The translations under genes and the position numbers were made by a program. 55,486 nucleotides of DNA from the NCBI GenBank assembly GCA_900088475.1, contig FLMG01004727.1, positions 1-55,486 on the forward strand, in the 5' to 3' direction. Origin of the DNA: Hyphochytrium catenoides. Its lineage: Eukaryota > Protista > Hyphochytriomycota. Shown one piece after another: positions 24,722 through 36,453 of this stretch; positions within the stretch are counted from its first letter, which is position 1, and each line of letters starts with the position of its first letter. Below the pieces are notes generated by a model. The model was given only the letters and a program-made list of their open reading frames with translations. It ran no database searches and had not been told where the DNA came from.

Positions 24722-27700
24722 ATGTACGGCGGGGTGGACAAGTACGGCGGCGCGGTAGTGGGCGGGACGGTGGCAGGTGGCGTGGAAGGCGAGACTCTGG
24801 AGGAATGCATGCAGAACTCCAGCGTCGGGGAGACCCTGGTCCTCAAGCAGCTCACAGAGCAGGTTCCACAGCTTTCCCTTTACTCTTTGCTGTTTCCGGA
24901 TCCTCTGACTCTCACCGCCGCTCCAGGGCGAGGAGGTGGCTATACTGCTCCAAGCGGCGCTAGAGCCACGGTACGGCGGTTTGACATGGCAGCCAGTGAG
25001 TACACTGCACAAAGAGGATGGCTTTCTCAGGCTGCTGCTGCGCTGACCCCTTGCGTATACTCTGATGAAAGGTGGAAGACACTGGGACGGCGCTAAGCAC
25101 CGCTGTGGCAATGAGTCAGATGACCTCGATGCTGCACGACCAGGACCGGAACAATAAGTACGAGGAGGCGATACGGAGGACCATCGAGAAGTTCCAGCAG
25201 AGAGAAGGACGGGATCCCGTGGTAAGCTTGCATGTACACTCTGCCCGATCTCAGGCCTTCCTCAGCTCTTACTATGCGATGTTTAGGTGCTCGATATCGG
25301 CACTGGCACGGGCCTCCTGGTAAGCCATCTCGCGAGAGAGCCGGCGGTGTACTTTGTCTCACTTCGCTGTCCCCATTTGTCCGTCCCTGTCTAGGCGATG
25401 ATGGCAGCAAGAAGCGGGGCAGAGAAAGTCTACGGTTGCGAGCTGTTCCCAGCAATGGCTAACATCGCGTCGCACGTCACAAAGGAGAACTTTAAGGATG
25501 GGCGGATCACCATCATCCCTAAGAAATCAACTGACATGACTGTGGGAGAAGGAGGAGATATTCCTCAGCGGGCCGATCTTCTGGTGACAGAGATCTTTGA
25601 CTCTGTGCTTCTGGGAGAAGGAGTCCTCCCGAGCCTGAGGCATGCCTTTGAGTCTCTCCTGGCGCCAGGTGCCAAGGTGGTGCCTCAAAGAGCTCGAATC
25701 TTCGCCCAAGTGATCCAATGCGAGGAGCTTCTGAACTTCTACCGCTCTCCAGGTATGGGACTGAGGGCACATGTCGAACCCTCCTTGCTAAGCACTAAAG
25801 GCTTTCTCACTTTCTGCCCAGGATCCTTGACAACAAATCTCCAGTTCTATCGCAGCGATACAGCTAAGTCCTGCGATGGAGGCGTTGTGCCCCTTCCCCT
25901 GCACTGCCAAGCCCTCTCCAGTCTCCGACCTCTCTCTGACTCGTTCGAAGTGTTCTCCTTTAGCTTTGATTCCTCCGCAATAGACGCAGAGCCTGAGACG
26001 CGAGAGATCCAGGTCTCAATTCAAACTTCAGGGGAGGTTCATGGGCTCTTGCTCTGGTGGGAGCTATACCTCGACGAGACTGTCACCTACTCTACGGCTC
26101 CTGGCAAGGAGAACTGGCAAGACCACTGGACGCAAGTTGTCTATCCTGTGGGGTCTCAAGCCTTTGCTGTACAAGCACGGGATGTCGTCCGTGTCGGCGC
26201 CTCCCGAAGCGACCTGAATGTCTGGTTCCAGCTGAAACCGGAAGCGCCGCAAGAGCTGGCGGAGCAAGAGATAGGAAGATCTAGGAAGATGATGAAACTC
26301 GCCAGTCATGAGCCAGCGCAGTGCATTTGTGGCATTCATGCGCTGCTCAACCATGAGAGGATCCAGTTGCTAAATGACAAGGATTATATAACGGCCTATG
26401 CAAGAGGTGCGCGCCCGCTGTCACTCACTGTGTTGGGCTTTGTGCTTGAGGCCCCTGAAAGCTCAGTCCTATTACTCGTCGTTGTGCAGCTATCAAGAGG
26501 GCAATCGATGAGTCACCTACGCCAGAAGATGTCGCGTGCTTAGACGTTGGCGATGGTGGGCTTTGTGCTCTACTAGCACTGTCGGCTGGCTGTAAGACAG
26601 TGACCACCATTGAGGAGAAGTTCTTCTCAGGCGTCTTGCTGAATCAGATAGCAAAGTACAATGGCCTTGCTGACTACCTCTCTACCCTGCATTCTGGTGA
26701 GAGCCTGCTCTGTATCTAATGTCTAAGTCCCTTCAACTGCCGCTGGGCAATGAACTCCTTTTTTAGGGTCTGATTGACTACCTTGGCTCTGTAGGCACAC
26801 AGGACCTCGAGGTGGCTGACCTACAGGACGAGAAGAAGATTTCTTTGCTACTAGGAGAGCCTTTCTACTATCAAATGCAGAGCTTTCAGGTTTCCTATGA
26901 GTTTTTAAAGATCGTTAGAGTGTCATAGCCTCACACCCGCATCATGCCCTCTCTTCTATTGTAGACGTGGCAAGCGGCCAACTACTGGATCATGCGCTCT
27001 GCGGTACAAGGTAGGAAAGATCCAGCAGGCTGCGAATGGAAGCGCTAGATAGCTCTGTGATAGCACTCTCGGCTAGTCCTTCTCTAACATGTCTCACTAT
27101 TGCGTTTCTCTACTGCCACACGTGACATGGCTTGTGGCTCTGTGTACGGAATGGTTCTCATCGTTCGCTTCCTTCCGGCAATTATTCATAGAACTGTTGG
27201 CACCCGAAGTGAGGGTTATACCATGTCAGGCACGCGTTATGGCTGTTGCTCTGGAGCTGCCAGACCTCTCAAAGAGCTTTGGTGCGGTCGGGGCCGTCAA
27301 TGGTTTCGATCACCACTTTTTAGACGCAGTGCAGGTTGGCAACCCGTGTCCTGATTCCCGCTCCGTCGATAGCTCACAACTTATAAGTAATGTGTCTCAC
27401 ATGTATGCCTGGCACGTAGGCTAACGCAGTTGACAAGGAGTACCCTTTTCCTCTCTGGATGTACGCCAACCGCCTCCTCTCGACACCCTTTGAGATTCTT
27501 AGCTTTGACTATACTGGAGCCGCGCAGACAGTGGAGCGAGAGGGAAGTGTGAGCTTTACTGAGGATGGCACCCTCCACGCTGTGGCTATCTGGGTAGACT
27601 ACCAGCTTGACGAGGTGAACTCTGTCTCTTTGGGCTGGCGAGAAGGTTAGTGGAGCCATTACAAACAAAGATCTCTTGTCTTTGACCCATTCTCTTCATT

Positions 27701-27859
27701 GCACTCGCAGGCCGCTGGCCGCTCCACTCGAAGCAGTCATTACGAATCTTCCGTGCCTACGAGAACATCTGCGCGTCAGGGAGCACTCGCCTTGTCTTCA
27801 AAGCCTCCTTTCAGGTTGATACGGCTGCGCTGCACTTCGCGTTCTCGCTGAACAGATAG
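24722..27859 (+). CDS. PRMT7: Protein arginine N-methyltransferase 7 (two tandem PRMT modules), multi-exon
   Basis: MLHDQDRNNKYEEAI, VLDIGTGTGLL|AMMAARSGA (SAM-binding motif I), LLVTEIFDSVLLGEG (double-E loop) and WQDHWTQVVYP, followed by a second degenerate module (CLDVGDG, LLLGEPFY, NGFDH, AVAIWVDY). Stop at 27859. Confidence 0.92.
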
Positions 27860-27907
27860 GCTGCGAAGGTCCATTGCTCAGTTCCTAAAAAACGCCACCA
27901 CAAGCGG

Positions 27908-29041
27908 TCAGACAAGTCTTAACCATCGGCCCGAAGGTTGAGGCGGCTTCCATTCTTCGCCTGTGGGCAGGATTGGTCGACTCTCGATACCTTCCAGCAC
28001 GAGGCGAACAAAGTCCTCGGTTGCTTCTCGCGCGATAGTCTGCGCTAATGGATCGAGAAACTGGTCTTTCTGCAGGTAGCGGTTAAACGCTTTCAGGTTG
28101 ACTTCTAGCAGCCATGGCGTCCCGTTGGCATCAAAAATAAAGTCATAGCCGCACCAATAGAGGCACTGCGGACGAAGGCTGTGCCGTGTGGCACCATGAG
28201 AACTGACCACAGCGTCGTATATTGCTCGCACGCTATAGCTTCGGAAGCGGCCCTGTGGAAAGAGCGCCGCAATCTCCTCTTCGCTGACATTGTTATATGC
28301 ATAATATTTGCCAAAGTCCGGGTCGTGGATTTGGACTTTCTTGTTGGTAAGGACAGTCTTCTGCGAGCCTAGAGCCACAGCCGCTGTTTTACCTCGAACC
28401 CTGTCAAAGACGAGCGCGTGATCCCGTGTGAGAAGCGCCCAGATACGGACGTCAAATTTGGAAGGACCCTTGGGCAAGAGAAGAGTGGGCGGAATGGCAT
28501 GCTGCACTATAACCACTTTTGTTTCGCTCAGCAGCTTCTGCACGAGGCTGCCAGCCTCAAGCAGCGTCTGCGCATAAAAGACTCCGCAACCGCCTCCTTT
28601 ATTGGGATGCTTCACATAGTAGCCGTACTCGCAGGGACTTAGTTGGTCCTCAAGCGACGTAGCATCTTTGATGCTGGTAGTGATGGGAAAGAATGGGGCA
28701 ATATTTCTGCGACTGCAGTGCCGCCAAAGAAGAGAGTGAAGCTTTGCCTTGTTACCCAGTGAGGGACATATGGGGAACCAGACTAGCGGGTCAAGCGGCG
28801 TACATTCGCTTAGCTGTAGATCAAGTTTCTCTGCAGCTCTGTGGCCCTTATTCAATCGGATGGCCTCTTTACGCGAGACAAGGACGATGACGTGCCTAGT
28901 ATCATGTGTCCCCGACGCCATATCCCCAGTAGCACCGTCAGGTACGTGACAACCATTGCGGACGAATGCTTCCGAGAGTAAATCTCCTGCCGGCAATTGG
29001 TTGTCTATGTCGGAATCAATAACCTTCACCGCTAAAATCAT
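27908..29041 (-). CDS. Tubulin-tyrosine ligase (TTL/TTLL) family ATP-grasp peptide ligase, single exon
   Basis: 377-aa ORF with YYVKHPNKGGGCGVF, IVQHAI.P.LL, KFDVRIWALL, LTN, GYDFIFD and PWLLEVN, the full ordered TTL motif set. Confidence 0.85.
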   Translation of the reverse strand: MILAVKVIDSDIDNQLPAGDLLSEAFVRNGCHVPDGATGDMASGTHDTRHVIVLVSRKEAIRLNKGHRAAEKLDLQLSECTPLDPLVWFPICPSLGNKAKLHSLLWRHCSRRNIAPFFPITTSIKDATSLEDQLSPCEYGYYVKHPNKGGGCGVFYAQTLLEAGSLVQKLLSETKVVIVQHAIPPTLLLPKGPSKFDVRIWALLTRDHALVFDRVRGKTAAVALGSQKTVLTNKKVQIHDPDFGKYYAYNNVSEEEIAALFPQGRFRSYSVRAIYDAVVSSHGATRHSLRPQCLYWCGYDFIFDANGTPWLLEVNLKAFNRYLQKDQFLDPLAQTIAREATEDFVRLVLEGIESRPILPTGEEWKPPQPSGRWLRLV

Positions 29042-29689
29042 CCTCTTCGATCGCGGCTTGATAGGTTGCCAGGGAGCATGGACCGTCGAAACAGCTTCAA
29101 TCTGCAGTCCTGTTCATGCTCGAAATCAGCCGCGCCGTAAGTAATAGGTCAGAGCAACTCTTTCGGATGGCGAGGGAGAAAGAGCCTCTATAGATTCAGC
29201 AGTAGAGGAGCCAAGCCGCTGCAGTGACTCACGCTTGTCCTGGTCGACCTCTTCGGCTGATGAGAAGGCGTCTGGAGTCTGGAGTCTGTGAGCCTGGTCT
29301 GGGTCTGTGAAGCTCTGCCGTGTGTGTGTCTGTCTGTCAGCCTCTGGCGGCGAAGCTGGAGAGGATCAACAGGAAGCGGAGAGGGGGAAGAGTTTTGTTT
29401 GTGTGCATGGGGCGTTGTACCTGTAAGAAGATGTTCGCTTTCTGTTAAGGTGTACAGTGGGACCACTACAGAATGGTTGAATGTTCCTATTCCGAAGGAG
29501 AACCATTTCTTAGATCCTACTGCACAGAATGTTCCATGTACAGTATGTCCAATTAGACCAGTCACTCATTATTCTGGATAGAGAGATGTCGGTTCACCAG
29601 TGTGTAGTACATGTACTGTCCTGTACCTGAAAGTAGTTGTACACTCTTAACCGAAGGAAGAAAGTAGAGAAATGCAGGCTCCGGGACTG

Positions 29690-29766
29690 ACAGACAGAGA
29701 CAGAGGAATATAGAGAGAGAGAGGGAGAGAGACAAGAGAGGAGAGAGGCAAGGGAGAGAGAAAGAG
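29690..29766. repeat. Imperfect (GA)n tract
   Basis: Seen directly. Confidence 0.85.
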
Positions 29767-30178
29767 GCAATCCACTCGGCCCGCCGGCGGCACGACATCG
29801 GTGCGGCATCCTCCGCATGGCCAGACCAGGGACAGGCGAGTCATCGGCCGCGAGAAGTGAAGAAGAAGAAGCGATCCGAGCACGGAAGTGCCGCTCGAAA
29901 ACTTCTACTAGAGATACTCTCGGAGTATTCTTCCTGTTAGATAAAGAAGGCAAAAGGATCATCATCCTCTTGCCGTGCCGAACTATGAGCACCCAGAATT
30001 ACCTCTCGCCCTTCTTCTCATAGATCTTCCTCAATCTGGTGGCAGAGTAAGCAACTGAAGCCGATGGTGAGCCCAGCAAAGCCTTCTCCCATCGGATATG
30101 TGAGGTCAATAATCTGTTGTGAGGAATGAGCCATGTCTTAAACTCACCTCCTTCGAGGTTGGCATCAAACTTGTCAGG

Positions 30179-32690
30179 ATGGTGCGAAGTGCCTATTCCT
30201 GGGTGTACTACGCCTCGACTGCCTTGATACTGGCATCACAGATAGGAGTCCACGGCCTGGAGAAAGATTGTAAGTGGAGTTGTTGCTTCGTATACACCGG
30301 CGCGGTGCAGTGCTTTCCTTTTTCTAAGCTTAGCGATGCTTCCACGGCTCGCTCTTTTTACTTCATCCCTACCACCATCTCTGCACCACAACCGACGGCA
30401 AATGATCACTTACAATTCCTGGTCGATGACAGCGCTCATTTATTCTTGCGAGAAGGCCGAGAAACCAAGTGTCAGCTTTTGCTCCGATGTCTCTTGGCGA
30501 TCGGCCCAAGTTTTCACTGGTCAAAGCCTCGAGCCTCAGGTTCCCATCATCTCCTCCACGATAGATGCCTACGCCAAGCAGCATCATGCCAAACTGGCGG
30601 TGATGACCAACGATCCCGCATGCGTGGATCAGATCAGGAGGTTCACCTGCGCTGATTACTTCCCCCACTGTCCGTATGTGGGCGCAGGGGCTGGCTATCA
30701 GGTTAGACAGCAGCGTTCTTGTTGAGTTGAATACCAGCTCCGCTCCCTTGGCAGTGATGATTCCATAACCTCGGCGTCTTGGCACGCTCCATTTGCTGAC
30801 GACTTATATCTCCTGTCACTGTTTGCAGCTCGTGTGTCGGGTCGAGTGCGACCGTGTAAATGAGCTATGTGGGGATAGCGTGAACGTGAATTGCTCTGCC
30901 TTTCCGTCCACCAATTGCTTCCTCTTTCCGAGGAAGACGTCTTTTCTTCTTCCAGTCAACCGAGGGCCTTATGGGATGCTCCCTCTTCTCTATGTTTGCC
31001 TCTTATTCGCCTGGTGCGTTCTGGTGAGTACATTTTAGAGTTTGTTGTTTAGCGACGCAGCTATACATTCTAAAAGGTCTGCCATCCTTCAGGTCACATG
31101 GTGGGCTTACCACGCCTTTGTTCGCCACGGGAAGTACTCTTTGCTCTTGACACGGGTGCTAACTTCCGTGCCTATCTGCAAGCTAGTCGTTGTGTCAGTG
31201 TGCCTGATCTTTTGGCTGACTTGCCTCAAATGGCAATATTGCAGCTTCTGGCTGGGCGTCGCCTGTATAACTTGCCAGGTGGTCTTTGAGGCCTCAGTCT
31301 ACTTCAGGTGGGTGGAGTTGGCTTAGGTTCATCTCTCATAGTCTTCCCAGATGTTGACACTCGACTTTCAGCATGCTTGTCATAGGCAAAGGATGGGGAA
31401 TCACGGTCGACGGCTTTGACAAGCGGGAATGGCGGGATATTGTCCTTATAATGTAAGCGATGACGAGTTGTCTATCCGTTTTGATACGAGGAAGAGGGAA
31501 GAACAATAACTAGAATGGGGTTGCTGCCGTCACTAAGATGGCAAGGAAGGAAAGAAGGACTATCATATCCATACAGCTAAAATAATTCTCTTCTTAGATT
31601 CTCTGCTAACCCGTGTTCTCATGGAACAGATCTCTCTTTTATTTATTCACCACGGGGCTGCTAACTCTCCGTCGGACGGGCATGGATCAGGAACAGTATT
31701 GGCTCCTGACCTCCGTTGCCTATTCTCTGATCTACTTGCTGATAGCGTACGAGACGTGCAGGAATCTCTACATACTGCGCCTTCAGGTGGGCTCATTGAT
31801 CGCCTATATCATCTTCCTTACTGAGTGCTTCCGCGGCCTGTACAGGTATTTCTGGCGGAGGGAGGAGCCTCTCCGGCAATACTCAGCGCGATCAGAGCCA
31901 AGTATTATATGTTAACATCCTTTCTCCTGTTCGTCGGCCTCTACGGGATAGTGGAGGTCGTTTCCAATACTCTCCAAGTCCACTATCCAAGCCTCTGGGT
32001 GTCTCTCGTCTTTCGAGAGCTGCTGGAAGTGATCGTCTTTACGTCAATTGGCTACGTCTTCCGGCCGGCAGAGTATAATATATTCTTCTATATGGTGCCG
32101 GTCAGTGCTTTGTCCTCCAACTATCTCGTAGCATCCTAAACAGTTTATGCTAATCTCCCTCCTTACATTGCGCGCTGATGCAGCTAACGACACCCGGAGG
32201 ACGAAGGGTGCCACCATTTTTCACGGTGGAGCAGCAACCGAGTTCAGTCCCTGTTGATAAGCTCAGCTTGAAAGCCTCCAAGAAACCCAAGCAGGAAAGG
32301 CGCGCTGTGGTGGTTGTCCAGCACCCTGATGGTGAATGTTCCATCGGCGCCGCTCATTGTATGTTAAGGGCTCCCGTCACCCTACGCCCGCTGTGGGGCT
32401 TTCGCAGCCGGCGGAACAACAAGACGATGGCAGAGGATCGTTTGTCTCTGTCTTCATCATCCACAACTGACAGTCCAGAGGCGCACACGACCTCTGCACT
32501 TCTACGACGGACGCCTCCAGAGTTTCAGGAAGCCACCCCAAGGGACAATGCTGAAGGTCCACCCGACCTAGAGTTCACTCCAGATCAGTCTCCCTCTCTA
32601 GCACCAGATGAGGATGAAGCCCAGGGCCTGTTGCTTCTTTCACATCCACGAGGGACAGCAGACGGGATAGCTACACCCATTGTCTCTTAG
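30179..32690 (+). CDS. Signal peptide + Frizzled-type cysteine-rich domain + 7TM region of GPR107/GPR108/TMEM87 (GOST, lung-7TM) type, multi-exon
   Basis: Ten-cysteine Fz pattern (YSCEK, FCSD, PACVDQIRRFTCADYFPHC, VCRVECDRVNELC, VNCSAFPSTNC). It is followed by seven hydrophobic segments with LVIGKGWGIT, RAKYYML and IGYVFRP motifs, then a Ser/Pro/acidic tail. Confidence 0.75.
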
Positions 32691-33499
32691 CATCCTATGA
32701 GCGTAGCTCAGTAATATCAGATCGTCCAGTACACCTTCCCATTTGCAAAGCTGACTTTTGCTGTTATGCTAGACTCTCGCTTGATCCTCTACTTCACGCG
32801 TCCACTAGATGGCTGTCGCTCCAACTTACGGTCCTTTGCTGATGGCCATAGTAATTATACCGCGGCTTTTCGATCTCAGACCTGTCAGGTAGCGCAACCC
32901 ATCAGGAGACCACCGCCAGCAATATCGTTGCTTCTGCGTCAGTGCCGGGTGGGGCTGCTGGCGAAGGCAATAAGGTTCACAGGCAGCAGGGAAGAAGCAG
33001 GGAAGACGTTGTGACGGGAAAGCAGAGGGTGACAGACAGGATGAGGCTTAGAACCTTGCTTGGATCTGGGATGGGACATGGGGCATCATGAGTTTCAAAT
33101 GGTTCCGAAGATATTCCATCGTTCTAGTAAAGGGTGAGCCCAGATGATGTGATCTGTGCAATAGATTCGCCGATTGATCAGTATGAGAGGGCTTGACCAG
33201 TGAGGGCTAGGATGTACTCGGCTGAAGAGAAAGGAGGATGGATGCCTTGGGCGCGGCCTCTACCCGCGACAGCTACCCAGCAGCAACAGCTGAAATTGGT
33301 TTTGTGCTCTCTTCAGGTGCAGAGGGTCAAGGTCAAAAATACCTGGTTGTATGCACTGCTTGAGGGGCTTCACAGGGCGACCTTGACGGTGGGAATGAGG
33401 CTTAGGCTTGATAGATACTAGAGGACGGTCCTCTGGGTGCGCGGTAGTGAGGACGAGGGCAGCTTCATCATTCTGCTGCTGAGGATTCAAGCCTCACGC

Positions 33500-35456
33500 A
33501 TGATGATGCGTGTACCACAGACTCTCCTCGGTGAAAGGATGGCTTGGTCTAGTCGTAGCTTGCAGCACTGTTCGTCATTCGGTGGTATCCTCTTCAGACC
33601 ATCCAGGTACGCCGCTCTTTGTCGGGCGTCAGACACCGCGATGATTGTCTAAGGGCCCCATCTCTTTCAGAGTCCGTCAGTCCTCGTCAGTTCTAAGGCT
33701 TGACACCAGCTCTCGCCTTCGAATGGACTTACATACGTTAAGATTGACGGAGGAAATGGGGAAGAGGCCGTTCACCCACATGTTCCGCAGGCGGATGGCA
33801 ACCAAGACGACTGAGGAGCAGCTCCCAGCACTGAAGTCGTTGCTCTCTAGGGAAGGGAGGACGAACTTCATAGGCCACTGTGCCTACCTCTCTGGTGACA
33901 TCCTCAGACCCATGCCGTGGCTAAGCCTTTCTTCGCTGACTGCTTCTTGTTCCCTCTTCAGCGCTAGTGGAGTACAGTCAGACGGACATTCTCCTCCTTC
34001 GGTGCGCTGCCATCTTTGGCTCCTCTTTGGAGATGATATTTTGCTATAGACAGGTGCACGTTTAGATTGAGCGACCATTGCCAGTCTTCTCACGCTAGCT
34101 TGTCGACAGGCCAAGCCGATATGGATCCCAATCTTCTGGAACGGCGTCTTCATTGCTCTGAATCTATTCCAGATTTACCTGCTGCTGGAAGCAAGGTGAG
34201 GATAACCTCTCGGGTTCTTCCTAACCTTGGCAACAGGCCGTTAAGCACGATAGGGTCGAGTGTTTATCGCAGGAGCCCACGTGACGAAAGACAGCAGCGA
34301 CAGACAGCGTGACAGACAGCAGTGGGAGCATGTTTTGATTTTTAGCGGACAGAAGGGAGACTTGCTTGGACGGACGCCGTTTAATTAACGAGTCCTAACT
34401 GCAGGATGACTTCCGTTAATCTGACGGCTGAAGAGGCTGAGTTGTATGCGCTCTGTGTCAAGCATCAGGACAAGAAGCATACCATCAGCCCTTTCCAATT
34501 CCAGAAATTGCTGAAGGCGGGCTATTGGGTGGATATTGAGCCCACCACGGAGCTTGTGGCACAGAGCAAACAGAATGACAAAGTCTGGCTCATTCAGGAG
34601 GGCAACCTGGCCGTCATGCACAAGGTCTGTCATCTTCTGCACGTCCAGTTGTTTGCTTGTGCCTTCTCCTTACTTATCTGCGGGTTAAGGCTATGAGTCA
34701 TGTAAAGCATTGTTGGCAGGCATGGATGGACCATCCTTTCCCTTGTCTTAAAGTAGCTTGAGACGCACGCTTCTTCTCATACTGCTATGGTAGGACCAAA
34801 GGGTGGGAACTATCTTTCCCGGAGACTTTGTCGGAGAGATCATGTTCCTCCAGACCGCTAACACAGAAAATGTGGACGAGGTGGTCGCCCATGCCACCGT
34901 CAAAGCGCAATCCACAGTCAGAGCCTTCTGCTGGGAGGTGAAAGCTCTGCAGTCTGTGCTTGACGAAGACCAGGATCTTGCTACGGCCATGGTCTTCACC
35001 TTCACAGAGGATTTGATAAGTAAAGTGGTCCATGGGAGCTCTAGGTGAGAGATCAACCAAGTCTGTCCATATATGGCCCAAAGAACTTGACGACGACCGG
35101 TTTCCCTATCCATGAACCCTTTGTCTATTGAACCCTAGCGCAAGACAACGGCACTACGGAGGGCTACTTGATATGGCCCTTGTTTCTAACGCCCTCAGCG
35201 AACAGCAAAGGTAAGTTCTCTTATGTTTCAGCGCCTAAAGTACTGACAGCGTACTTCTCATCGTTTGTCAAGGTCTCTGCTGGATGACTACCGTCAATTA
35301 CACGGTATATCATACACTGAACACCTAGACGAACTGCATCGCCGGGGTTGGTCGGAAGATGAGTACGTGCGGGGCTATCAAGGAGAAGAGGGACCCGGGA
35401 AAGGAGTCTCTCCTACAAGAGTTCTAGTCCGTTCTCTTAGCACTACTTCCAGCTAA
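33500..35456 (+). CDS. Popeye-type membrane protein with a cyclic-nucleotide-binding (CRP-like) domain, multi-exon
   Basis: Spliced TM region FIGHCAY..ALVEYSQTDILLLRCAAIFGS..IWIPIFWNGVFIALNLFQI, then EEAELY..ISPFQFQKLL, VWLIQEGNLAV, IFPGDFVGEIMFL, ATVKA..VRAFCWE and DLISKV. The C-terminal helical domain reads LLDDYRQLHGISYTEHLDELHRRGWSEDEY. Confidence 0.8.
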
Positions 35457-35681
35457 ATATGGCGGTTCAATCCACTGCGTAGCTCCAGACCCAACCCCAC
35501 TCATAACATTGGTTATATGTGAGAAGTAGTCTTAAGCTCCCAGTCCAAATGCGGGGGCATCTTTATGTACAAGTTAGCGCCTAATATCAGCAAACTAGGC
35601 CACTAGGAGGATGATATGTCCCCAGCTACAATCGCTATCCGGAGGTGCGGATGGCTCGTGAATCAGTCTTGTCAAGCCGAG

Positions 35682-36453
35682 TTAGAGTCCATAAAGAACC
35701 GCCAATACGACCAGAGCTGTAGCTGGTGACGGTAAGAAGTCCTTAAGGCCCTCTTTCCACAAATTGGAGTCATGGTACAGGAAGTCCATGCTGGACCTTA
35801 GAGAAGGATGAAGCAGGGAGCCATAGTTCTCAAATTGGAACATCACCACCGCCCAAGTGAGCGTGGCAAGAGCCGGATACACCTTGCTAAAATTCATCGA
35901 AGAGAAAGGGGAGAGCCCATCTGCTGAGAGCTTTCTGAACTGAGCTATGATGATCCTGGAAAGCAGGTACATCACGATTTGGTAGTTCACTGAGGAGTAC
36001 TTGGACCATACTAGATAGCCGCCTACGCCTCCTGCCACTAGTGCATGCCATGGCGCTGCAGGTCTACCATTGGATTTGGCAAACGATCCCGTGATGGCGC
36101 TCTGAAAGAGCCGCAAAGCCTCCAACGATGCCTTGTACGTACCCACAAACATGGCTAGGTTCTTGGTGTGCTCATAAGTCAGCATTAGAACCGCACGTAT
36201 CTTGTCCCGCAGTTTACCGGGGCGGAACAAAAAAGTCATGACAAAAGCTGTAGATGGCAAAACAGAGAGCGGGGCATGATGGTCAGAGTTAGCAGCAACC
36301 CTTGAGCATTCTATCTGTGCCGTTTTTACCATGAGGAAGACGAATCTTCGTTCCATAGTAGGCTCCATTTCTGATGCCGCGGAGGATGTAGAGGAGGCTG
36401 CTGTATTGAGCTGAATCAGCTCTCAATAACCAGGAATCTACGACCCCCGCCAT
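35682..36453 (-). CDS. PXMP4: Peroxisomal membrane protein 4 (PMP24, Tim17 family); exons 36453-36330, 36247-35682
   Basis: Spliced RGIRNGAYYGTKIRLPH|AFVMTFLF, then HTKNLAMFV, VNYQIVMYLLSR and LRSSMDFLYHDS, all PXMP4 signatures. Confidence 0.93.

Noticed and set aside
25398-26543. 381-aa ORF as a stand-alone gene
   Set aside because: It is an internal part of PRMT7, including an in-frame 69-nt intron (25753-25821).
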